Origin: Schizochytrium sp. TIO01
Lineage: Eukaryota > Protista > Bigyra: Labyrinthulomycetes
Direction of reading: 5' to 3'
Assembly (NCBI GenBank): GCA_004764695.1
Contig: SMSO01000033.1
Span: forward strand, 2,604,001-2,668,000
DNA length: 64,000 bases
In this document: positions 23,958 through 34,252 of the stretch, piece after piece
Numbering within the stretch: the first letter of the stretch is position 1
Layout: every line of letters begins with the position of its first letter
Made by a program: the position numbers and the translations under genes
The notes under the pieces: model-generated
The model's input: the letters and a program-made list of their open reading frames with translations, nothing else
Database searches by the model: none
Told to the model about the DNA's origin: nothing

Positions 23958-25973
23958 TTACATTTGGTGCCTGAAAAAGTAAAAAAAGCTTTCCGCGAGC
24001 TTTTTGATCCAGGGGCGTGTGATCCATGCAGCATGCTCGACCTTATCGCAGTTGTGCTCAATGTCGTGCTCGATACGAGAAAGCAAGTCAGTAGCAAAAC
24101 CTTTATCATGGATAACAGTTACGATCTCCAGATTGTAATACCAAGACCGGTAGTCTAAATTATACGTGCCAATAGTGGAGACCTCACCATCAATGATGCA
24201 GAGTTTGCAGTGCAACATCGATGGAGTATATTCATAAAGCTTAATACCTTTGCTCAGCATACGCTCGTACATCGCATGTGTAGCAAAACGAACAGACTGC
24301 AAATCTGTCTTCTCACCAGGAACTACGACACGTACATCTACACCACGATCTGCCGCACGATATAACTCACGGCGAATACTGGAGCAAGGAAGAAAATAAC
24401 TGTTTGCAATGGTAATCTGATGCTTCGCATTGTGAATCGCGCGTAAATAGCCACGGCGGATTGTGTTGCGCTCACTAAGAGCATCGTTGGTGATAATTTG
24501 CACATGCGAGCCAAGCTTTTGCCAACGCGTCTGTACCTGTTCAAAGAATAGGTCACGTGGCCGCATGTAGTTCGCCTGAGTGTGTTCGTTGTCACCGTCC
24601 AAACTCGAGCTATCCTCCTTGCCGTTTGGAAGGCCACTCACACTACCACTGCCGTTGCTGATACCAAGATTTGCGGATAGACTTGTGGCAGCATTAACTG
24701 TAGCCTCTGCAGCGGCAGTTGCCAAGGAAGTTTGCTGCCGTGCAGCATGCATCCAGCCAACTTGAAGACGGCCCTGGGCTGACCACCACGCATCAGATGC
24801 TGAGCGCACGGTGTTCTCTTGCTTCAGTCCAAACGGGAAAAGAAGCAGCGTGTCATCCGGCAACGTGAGCAGGCGCTTAAGCAAGGATCGGGTCATGGCA
24901 TCGCGACCTTTATCGACTGAAAGTGCAACTTCGTCCCGAAGCTCCTGGAAACGCCCGCGGTTCGAGGATCTCCAGCCCAGAAGCACACGCAAGGTTGAAG
25001 GCCGAATAGTGGTACACTCCACATCGTCACCACGGTCATCATTTCCTTCGCGCAAAGGACCCACAAGTCGTTCAAAGATACCAGCAAAGGCAGGTACAGC
25101 AGGCCCCTCGATACGGACCATCACATCACGCCAAGCCTCACCACCTTGCTCCTTGGGGAGCCAGAAGTTGCAGATATTCATGCCACCGGTGATGGCAACC
25201 TTGCGATCAACAACCAAAAGTTTGCGGTGGTCACGCCGGATCATGCGGTCCAGACGGTATTTACGTTGCCAAGGTGCCATCGGGTTAAACTCAAGCACCT
25301 CGCAGCCATGCTTACGCATTTCGAGAAACATGTTCTTGTCAGCCTCCACACAGCCAAACCCATCGTAAACAACACGAACTGTAACACCCCGGTCGGCAGC
25401 ATCAATGAGCCTGTTAGCAATACTCCAGCCGGCCTTGTCTGACTCGAACCAGTACATCTCGAAGAGAATTTCATCTTGCGCATTCTCAATAGCCTCATAC
25501 ATGGCTGGGAAAATCTCAACACCATCGTTGAGCGCGCGAACACGATTTCCACAAACCAGATCGCGAGGTGGTAAAGGATCCCACATCGCTAACGCTGTGG
25601 TGTCTGCAGGGTTCGTGGTGCCAGATACCTCTGGGAGCGAGCATTCAGGTTTCGCGAGCTCGACTGGCAAATTTGAAGCATGTGTCGCAGAATTTAGAGA
25701 CGATGCCGAGGATGTAGACGACTCCCGACGTCCCCAACAAGAGAGAATAGATCCTGTACTCGAAGTGGCTGCGGAGTTTGATGGAACTGATTTCACGAGG
25801 CCAAGGCCTAGCGCAGCCGAGTGATAGTTTACGCACGGCATACCGTAATGGCCCCTGCTAAGGACGCCGGCATGACTGCCACGAAGGACGCCCTGAGCCC
25901 CTGTAGAGACCACATCGACTCCACAAAGCACACCAGAGGCAGGTCGCTGGACCCTTCGCGACGCAGCTCGCAT
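23958..25973 (-). CDS. cls: Phospholipase D-type (bacterial ClsA/ClsB-like) cardiolipin synthase with putative mitochondrial presequence, about 671 aa
   Basis: Two HKD motifs (DHRKLLVVDRKVAITGGMNI; HCKLCIIDGEVSTIGTYNLD), plus DAADRGVTVRVVYDGFG, WRDVMVRIEGPAV and ANSYFLP; first ATG at 25973 starts an Arg/Ser-rich N-terminus. Confidence 0.9.
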   Translation of the reverse strand: MRAASRRVQRPASGVLCGVDVVSTGAQGVLRGSHAGVLSRGHYGMPCVNYHSAALGLGLVKSVPSNSAATSSTGSILSCWGRRESSTSSASSLNSATHASNLPVELAKPECSLPEVSGTTNPADTTALAMWDPLPPRDLVCGNRVRALNDGVEIFPAMYEAIENAQDEILFEMYWFESDKAGWSIANRLIDAADRGVTVRVVYDGFGCVEADKNMFLEMRKHGCEVLEFNPMAPWQRKYRLDRMIRRDHRKLLVVDRKVAITGGMNICNFWLPKEQGGEAWRDVMVRIEGPAVPAFAGIFERLVGPLREGNDDRGDDVECTTIRPSTLRVLLGWRSSNRGRFQELRDEVALSVDKGRDAMTRSLLKRLLTLPDDTLLLFPFGLKQENTVRSASDAWWSAQGRLQVGWMHAARQQTSLATAAAEATVNAATSLSANLGISNGSGSVSGLPNGKEDSSSLDGDNEHTQANYMRPRDLFFEQVQTRWQKLGSHVQIITNDALSERNTIRRGYLRAIHNAKHQITIANSYFLPCSSIRRELYRAADRGVDVRVVVPGEKTDLQSVRFATHAMYERMLSKGIKLYEYTPSMLHCKLCIIDGEVSTIGTYNLDYRSWYYNLEIVTVIHDKGFATDLLSRIEHDIEHNCDKVEHAAWITRPWIKKLAESFFYFFRHQM

Positions 25974-26070
25974 CGCGGTCAAGATCCCTTCCCGAGTTCG
26001 AGTTTGCTCGCCTGCAGCACGGGAACGAAGACCACGCAAGTCCTCGCTCGCACTGTAGTCCGTCCAAACA

Positions 26071-26162
26071 ATAGTCTACAGTAGACATTTCCTATTCTGT
26101 TCTGTATTCCTCCCCTATACTATACAGTATTCTTTATACTTCACTGTGTATACTTCACTGTG
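26071..26162. promoter_or_regulatory. Candidate cis-regulatory motif cluster (TACAGTA core; 14 bp tandem TATACTTCACTGTG)
   Basis: Motifs recur nearly exactly at 34703-34727, 55101-55113 and 55141-55156, each upstream of a gene start. Confidence 0.5.
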
Positions 26163-29100
26163 GCGAAACCCCTGCCTTTTTTGCTTTACTTTTTTTTTCT
26201 TTGTTCCCTTTTTTGCCTTCTTTTATCTGCTCTTCTTCTTTTCTTTTTCTTCTGCAATTTTCTATTATGTCATTCATTCTCCATAAAAGTGTACGTAACA
26301 GTCTATTAGAGGGGTGGAAAGGACCAACCGCAGAAGCCTGAATCTCGAGCTCATGCTCAAAGCCTTTCTTCATGAAATTCAACATGCAGACGCAGAGTAT
26401 ATGTGGTGAAAAAGGTTGACCAGGAAACCAATTGCAGTCTTCACGAGCTGTCGTAGCGCAAACATCGCAGAGGCTCAACTGCCTGAACAGATGACAGCAG
26501 TTTTGACAGCTTTTATGAAAGCATGTTTTAGTTTAAATAGTTTTTAGCCTAAATAATGATAATGATAACAATGATAAGAAAATAGTAATAATAAGTATGA
26601 CCATCATAAAATAATGATAAGAAGAATTTATCCGAAAAGAACAGAATGAACACGCGGGACGTACGTCAGTCGAGTCGCCAAGTCTGATTTGCGACAACAA
26701 AACTGACGACAGCAAACTAAACAGTCTTTAGTGAGCCTCCGGCGCGCAGGAAATTAAACGACAATTAGCATGATACTTCGTCCAATCCACGCTACAAAAC
26801 AACGAGAGCCCAAACCCCAAGGTGCTAAATAAACCTTGCACAGGCGTTTGTCTGTTCTGAATAGAACATTATGTAGAGCCTTCAGTATCAGTGAATGCTG
26901 ATGGGCTCGAAGTTGTTAATTGGCTCGAAGCATAAATCACCATCAACGAGAGCTGCATCTGATTCACGCATGGTCGATACGCCTTTTCGAATACCGGAAT
27001 AACGTTCTCAATCACTCGCATTAAATAGATTAGTATTTGGACATGGACAAAACTCACGGCAAAGTATGTCACTCATTCCTGGGCAGAATGTATTCTTTTC
27101 GGTACAGAGCTGTCATAATCATGTATTGCAGGGCTCATTATCGAGTTCGAAATGTATCCGTCTACATCCGAGACGCGTGTTGACGTTAACGCTGTTGAAA
27201 TCATGTCAACTAACAAGGATGCGACAAATGTGCCTAGAGAACATCTTTGTAAACAAGTTGAAACGGGCAATTTGCAAATGCTTTTCGAGAGCAATGATCA
27301 CCTCGCCTCTCAAACTCCCCGCGTTGCTCTTCCATGATGCCATACCAAACAGGAAATTGATTCGCGATATTTATAATCAGTCCTAATGCTAAGATGATGG
27401 CGATAACAAACAAGTTGATGATGGTTCTCTGAAAAATACAAATCGAATTACAGTAAAACCCATCTCATGTGTGTCGTCTTTCAGGTACGTTAGCTAGTCA
27501 GAAACGGAGGTCCATGAACAGCTTACCACTACGAGTAACCGAGCGGCCTTCCAAACTTGTATGCCAAACTCTACTAACTAGAGAAGTGCTTCTCTAAAAG
27601 TCCTCAAACCGTCCTCCGTCCGACCAAGCTCGATGTGAATTTTCCGCTGGCGCCCAGCCGAGACAGAGATTAATTACAGTGACAGGATCATCTTTTGGGG
27701 AAGGTGCGGTTGCACAATGTATAAATGATGGACGTCTACCTATAGTTTTATATCAAATCGTGGCAATTGAAAAGGGCGCTTTCAAGGAGGCTTTGTAGAG
27801 AAGAGGCCTTGGTGTCAACCGAACTTGAAGCGAGGAACCCTCTAGAGAACTCGGAAGCCTAGTGTAAGAAGAACAAGTGTTTGGATGATCCACAGAATAC
27901 ATGCGTCAATAGCCCGTCTCTGGTCCCCAGGTATTATAATGAAGGAAGAACCTATGACGTCTTTTGTAATGTTGGTGAAATTGGCGTTGGACATTCAGAG
28001 TGAGTGTGAGGAATGCATAAACTTAAGCTTTGCCTGCAATTTAGCGTCAGCTGAGAAGCGAACAGATCAATATACCAGATACCAGCCCATAGTATGAGGG
28101 ATACCCTTGACTTGAATTATACTATGATCGTAGGAAAACGAAGAGGTAGGTCTGACAACGATCCAGAAAGGTATATCTATTGCCTCATTCCATTGAATGT
28201 GGATAAGTTTTTTTTAATGCGCAATTAGAAAGTCACATGGTAGCCTGGCAGAGTACACTCTTTAAAAGTAGAAGGGAGGAGGTGTTCAATACACTTAGTT
28301 TGTCTGGTTTTTACTTCTGTTTTCTCAAAAAGAAACTCAGCTTCCACCACAGAGGTTTTGTCATTTGCAAAAGAAGCGTTGTCGTATCGTTTCATTGGCA
28401 ATAATTAAATATACTTTTCCCTTTAGATATCGATTGAGTGCAAACCTCAAGCAAATAGTAGCTTCTGTAGTTGTTTGTTTACTTGCCAATCAATTTGTAG
28501 CATTTGATTTGCCCTAATTGCATATTGAGAGGAATATCTATCGCTCGAAAGATCGTTGGTTTTTTACAGGCTGACAATCACCCCAAGTAGATTAACATCT
28601 CCCTGCTCCACGACTCCGGACTGTTTCCACCAAACCCTTGAGGTCTTTAAGTTTCTCTTCTCTACTCTGTCCCTATTCACTCCCTTAACATAATTTTGAT
28701 CAATTTAACACCAACGTGGAAAAACATGTGCATGGTGTCCTCGTTCTTCGACCAAGGTGATACCATAAAAGATGATGGGCACGTGGCTCTTTATGCCTAA
28801 GCATCTGCCAGCGAGTAGAGTTGTGTTATTAAGACCTAAGCGGATTCTAACTGTCCACGCCTTATATTTTTTTACATTGGTGTTGATGATGAAGGATCAA
28901 AGTTTCATTACTTGACCAATCATTGACAAAATTTTGGGGGTAGGTGTACTGTTTTCGAGCAGTACGCTCCTCAAAGCCTAGTTTCAACCGGGAGTTATGA
29001 ACATGGGCCATTCTCACTCGTTTGATTGTACCTACTTGCTTGTTCTAGGCTATTGCAGGTAGATACATATATACTAGGCACGCTATTTTATTTCCTATTG

Positions 29101-29290
29101 TATTCAATTTTGTTCTATAGTAAGTTATTGATAATACTATAGATTAAAAGTTCATTTGTTCTATTTAGTTTCAATTTGCTTCATCACAGCGGTCGCTTTG
29201 GATGGTCTCAATGGCACGCTCGCAAACTATTATTACAGCGCTGCGCGTGCCCCCCTTCGTTGCGTCCACGGATCGTGGCTCAATTTCACG

Positions 29291-30349
29291 ATGCGTCTAA
29301 CAGCGGAGGTCATCCGCAGTGCACGTATCTTCTTGAATCCGCTGCAGGAGCGAGAGATCGATCTTCGAGGGCTCAAGATACCAGCTCTGGAAAACCTCGG
29401 CGCTCTCCTGGACCAAGTCGACGTTGTGGATTTGACTGACAATGAAATTGAGGTTCTGGAGAACTTTCCGAAGCTCAAAAGACTCAAATGGCTCCTCCTG
29501 AGCAACAACCGCGTGAGCAGGCTTCGCGAAGGCATCGAAGAAGCCATTCCTGATCTTCGTGTCCTTGTGCTTGCCAACAACCGCGTGAACCTGATGTCAG
29601 AAATTGACAAAATCGCCAAATTTACACATCTCGAAGTGTTAAATCTCATGGATAACCCCGTTCGTAATCAGAAACATTATCGACTTTATGTTATCCATAA
29701 GATTCCATCCCTTGTGATTCTTGATCACGACCGCGTGAGAGCAAAGGAGCGCGAGGAAGCAGCAGAAATGTTTGGCACCGCCTCGGGACAAGCATTCATG
29801 TCGAAGGTACAGCAGCAGGGAGAGGCCATGAAGCAAGAAGTGGCAAGTGAGGGGGTCGCACTCACAGCAGAACAGAAACAAGTGCTGGCTGTAGTGCTGG
29901 CCCAAGCTACCACACAGGCTGAGATCGAACGCCTTGAACGCATGCTTAAGGCAGGAATCGTTCCAGACGAAAACACTTTGCGGATGATCCAGGAAGGTTT
30001 GCAACCCGGAAAGAGCAGCAACAACAGCAAATCTAATGTTGGTCAGGATAATACGACAACAACCAATGTTGGAAACCCTGCTGAAGGGACAGAGGCCATG
30101 GAGGTGGATTCTGCGGCAACATTGACCAGGAAATCAGCTGCCAAACCGCCTCAAGAAAAACCGCAACAACAAGTAGAGGAGACACAAGAACAGTACGAGG
30201 CCAGGATCGATAACTTCACCGTGAAAGATCTGAAGGCAGAACTTCACCGGTATGATTTAGATACAACTGGCAAGAAATCTGTGCTCAAGGACCGCCTTCT
30301 TGAGTATGTTAGGTCACGTGATGGCAAAGCAGATGAAGAGGGCAACTAG
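29291..30349 (+). CDS. SNRPA1: U2 snRNP protein A' with C-terminal SAP domain, 352 aa
   Basis: MRLTAEVI...NPLQEREIDLRGLKIPALENLG N-terminus, LRRs and LRRcap (YRLYVIHKIPSLVILD); true start at ATG 29291; SAP-like segment at 30206-30307. Confidence 0.93.
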   Translation: MRLTAEVIRSARIFLNPLQEREIDLRGLKIPALENLGALLDQVDVVDLTDNEIEVLENFPKLKRLKWLLLSNNRVSRLREGIEEAIPDLRVLVLANNRVNLMSEIDKIAKFTHLEVLNLMDNPVRNQKHYRLYVIHKIPSLVILDHDRVRAKEREEAAEMFGTASGQAFMSKVQQQGEAMKQEVASEGVALTAEQKQVLAVVLAQATTQAEIERLERMLKAGIVPDENTLRMIQEGLQPGKSSNNSKSNVGQDNTTTTNVGNPAEGTEAMEVDSAATLTRKSAAKPPQEKPQQQVEETQEQYEARIDNFTVKDLKAELHRYDLDTTGKKSVLKDRLLEYVRSRDGKADEEGN

Positions 30350-30946
30350 AGATAAAGAAGGAGCAAGAAGAAATATAAATATTCATATAGACCCACAGTA
30401 TGTAACACGATCAAGCAACGCACTAACGAACAACAACATGCACACACATCCACGCCTTTTGTCTGTTCAAGGAACCAACACTATGAAAGGAAAACACACA
30501 TCATTCATTGCGATATCAAGAATAAGAAAAAAGATCTCTGAAAATTTTAAGTATCTTGGATTGTCATTGGCTTGTGGTCGTACTGTGTTTATGTTCGATT
30601 CTTCCATTCCTAGAGTAACCCATAAATTGTCCTCAAGATGTTCCTGACACAATTTCAAGCACTGCTCGACATGGATAATTTTTTCCACTCGCGTAAGTAA
30701 TGTGTATTGCAGCAACACGTTCTTTCAAAAAAAAGAAGGAAAAAAAAAGGAGACAAGCACCCAGGGTCCAATGCAAAGGCGAGGGGATAGCATACAGAAA
30801 AAGAAAAAAATAGCAGACCTCCCAAGACTTGGGTAAAATGTGAATTGCATGATATACATGAAAAAAGTTTATGGTACCGTATAATATATGTGATTGGAAA
30901 CTGACACAACCCTCAGATACATGAAAGAAGCTCGCGTGTCGCATGT

Positions 30947-33478
30947 CTACATTGCCAAATTGCCATGAACTGGACTGAAACGGATGTAGAGCTGAGTAAT
31001 CTGTGTAGTTCCCTCTTGAAAATAAACCTCCAATAGACCGTGAAAGTCCCTTTCGGGAATTGTCTCTTCACCATTTTCATTCAAATGAATGTCATCCGAA
31101 AATGTAGTTGTCACCAAAAATGAGCCTTGGTACCGTGATGGCCCTTCACTGGTGATATGGATGTTCCGAAAATTAAATGAGCGTAATTTGCGATTCATGC
31201 CGTGCAAATATCCAAGAAAGGAGTCGACCCCCCGAAACTCCTGTCCAAGAACCTCATCCATAGCAAACATGTTTGCATCGAAGTGTTGCACAATATCAGG
31301 ATGAGCATGGAAAATGGCCTCCATACGATGCATTAAATAACGTCTTTCCTGATCTAATGCAGTGTTCTGAGGCATAGTCCGCATGTTTGAGTCTTTTGGC
31401 GTGGCATGCTGATTGGAACTGCGAGTGCTTGAAGCAACGTGCATACCTGTACTGCTGTCTGTAAAATGAGGCCTTGAATCCATAGGGTGATGATTCATCC
31501 CATCATTCCCGGCAGAGAACGATGACAGTTGGCCATATGCACTATAATCAGAAGGCAGAGGATCAACCTGAGCAGCAGCCTCGTCAATATCCAACGTCGC
31601 CGCCTCATCAAGCCCAGAGTGCATTCCATCATAGACGTTTTCCATACCAACCGGCCCTAGTTCATCCTCACTGGCGCGCCACAATGGTGGACTCTTGGGC
31701 GTTTGCTTGCAGACTTCCACGTGGAAAATCTGTCGCTTACCAGGAGAAAATGAGTAGGTGATGGTGACCCTTGACTTCCCAAAGACAACATCAAAAAAAG
31801 CAAAATCGCCCTGCCAACGTGGCTCGCTACAACGTGCATATTTGTCTCTGCGTAAAGCACCAAGGAAACCTTGCACTTGTTCAACACCGTGGTAATTTGA
31901 CTGTCCTCGTTCATCTTTAAAGAAAAGATCTACGTCCTGTGTGAATCCGTACTTCTGCGGCAAGCCTACGCCCTCGCAGATGTGTTTCCTGCAGCCTTCA
32001 AGCACATGCGCACGAGCTTCAATAAGTAGATGTTCACCTTCTGAAGCGGCATAAGGCGCCGACTTCAAATTAGAACCACTTGCCAACGTCCTGCCGCCTA
32101 GTTGAGGCATAGACGCTTCAAGTGGTTCTAGTGTTGTACGCCACATCGTCTCAAGCGCGGTGGCAGGAAAGTGCGGGAGCTTCACAAAATTCATAGCTCT
32201 TCCCAACTGTTCTGGACGAATGACAGTTTTCAGCGTGTGAAGAAACTGAGCAAAGGCTTGGAGAGATTGGTCGTAGGAGGTGGAGACGCCTGATGCCTCC
32301 TCAACGAGAAGTGCAAGTGCTTGTCGAAGTTCTTTGAACTTGTCGAGATTTGTAAAAAGTTGTTTCCGCTGCGACTTAGTGAAGCTCTTCCACAAACGAG
32401 TTCTTTGCCCATTACCACCATCAGCTCCTTCGGACACTAGTTCAAGAAGATAATCGAGGCGGTGCACGCTATTGCGAGTTGCCTCTAACATGAAAAGATG
32501 CGAACGTGCTTTGGCTTGGCTTTGCACACCAAAGCTTTCAGTGAGGTTCCAAAGTTTTCCGACTGACCGCCGAATTTTACGAGGTCTTGGGCGTTGCCTT
32601 TCAATGAGTTTCGTAAGCTCGTTTTCTGCATCTTTGCAGGCTTGCTCGGAGCTCTCTTGCAAATTTACCTCTTCCCCTTGAGTGCGCAGCATATACTTGA
32701 GCACTGCATTACGCTGTTCAAGAAGTTCGGCTTTTTCACGCAGACCTTCTAACTCGGTCTCTTCATCAGTCATCCTTGTTAAAGATTTTTTGGATGAAGA
32801 GAACTTTGAGCTATTACTATTAATTTCTTGCGCTGATAATCCAGCCCCAGCTTTGGGCACTTTCGCTTGAGTTCTTACTGATGCACTGTTGGGCTCCTTA
32901 GTGGTGGGCGTAGTGGTCGTCTTTTGATGATTTCCTCGGCCCTCTCGCGGGCCAGAACCTTCAGCAGAACGACTTGACTTGCTCCCTTGTCTTTGCATAG
33001 AGCTTTTACTCCTGTCATCATTAATGTTGGAGCCCTTTGCTGTATTAGATTGGCTGTCAGATTTGCCTTGTTGTTCCTGCTGCTGCTCATGATCGTGTTC
33101 CCGGTGAGCATAAGGGCTTCCTGAAGCAACCCCTGACCCATTTGGCATCATGGCACCCGGGTACATAGGCCCTTGACCTCCTGTCCCGACATAGTATGGA
33201 TGCATCTGTGGGATCATGTGAGGAGGATAGCCCATTCCATATGGTCCAATGGCCGAATAATTATAGGGATGCGGTGGAGGCACACCAGGGTAGCCTGTCA
33301 TGGGAGGTCGTACTCCATAACCCGCTGCAGATGCTGCACTCCATTGCTGTGCTTGCATGTGCATGCCCATTTGCCAATGCATCATCTGACGCTGTTGTTC
33401 CTGAGCATGTGCTGATGCTTGTTGTTGTTGTAGATGCTGCTGACCTTCCCGGGAAGATGCCTGTGAACTTTCCTGTTG

Positions 33479-33514
<36 letters not shown>

Positions 33515-34252
33515 TGGACCATGTGGATGACTATTCCCAGGATAGTACATTGGGTGACCAGGATACATGGGTCCCGGAGGGTGGTACGAGTGTTGTCCAG
33601 GGTAATATCCCATTGGCATGCCATGTTGCTGCCCTGACGGATAATTGGCCTGGCGCATGAATTCTTCCCTTTCTCTTTGCTGTTTCTGTTCCTGGTCTAA
33701 TTGCTTCTGCGTTTCCTTTTTCTGTTGTTTCTTAGGACGTCCTTCCACAGTTGCTGTCGCTGTCGGCTCTGGTGGATACGAATACTGATGTTGCTGTTGC
33801 TGTTGCTGCCATGGCGTCGTCATCCTCCCCACCGCATCAAATTGTGCCGACCTTGTCGCCTGCAAATCTTGTCTCTCTCCATACACACTCCCTCGACCCT
33901 CATCTCCGCCCTCTCCGCTGCCAACATCTTGTTTTCTAGCCTCAAGATCCTGAGTATCTCGGGCATCTTGATCTCTTGTGCTCTTATCGCAACTCCCAGC
34001 TGGGTCTCGAGAACGCCCAAGATCTCGAGAGTCTCCAAAGGTATTATGAGAAGGTCCTTGTGCGCTAAAGCCGCCGACCACGACGGTCTCTCCACAGACC
34101 TTGGGCTGTGCGTGAGCTAGAAATGACGCAGGCTCAGGCGGTGGCGAGCCTTGCGAAGGCGACGAAGAGCTCGCGAGTTGCGCAGAAGACACCGGCGCGC
34201 GGCGCTTCGTCCCGGCCCTTGCGGGAATTCCCTGCGCTTCCGCTGGCCTCAT
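30947..34252 (-). CDS. 1101 aa protein with Q/P/G/Y-rich low-complexity N-terminus, leucine-zipper-like coil and two SnoaL/NTF2-like C-terminal repeats; possible transcription regulator
   Basis: Long uninterrupted ORF; heptad LEGLREKAELLEQRNAVL; repeated F.D....G..(Y/F).GV....(F/Y)L motif; function inferred. Confidence 0.75.

Noticed and set aside
26700-28900. Short ORFs between cls and SNRPA1
   Set aside because: No recognisable protein features or splice-linked model; left unannotated
29156-29290. N-terminal extensions from TTG/GTG starts in the ORF track (also cls, USP, xylA, POP5)
   Set aside because: Eukaryotic locus; homology or the first ATG begins downstream
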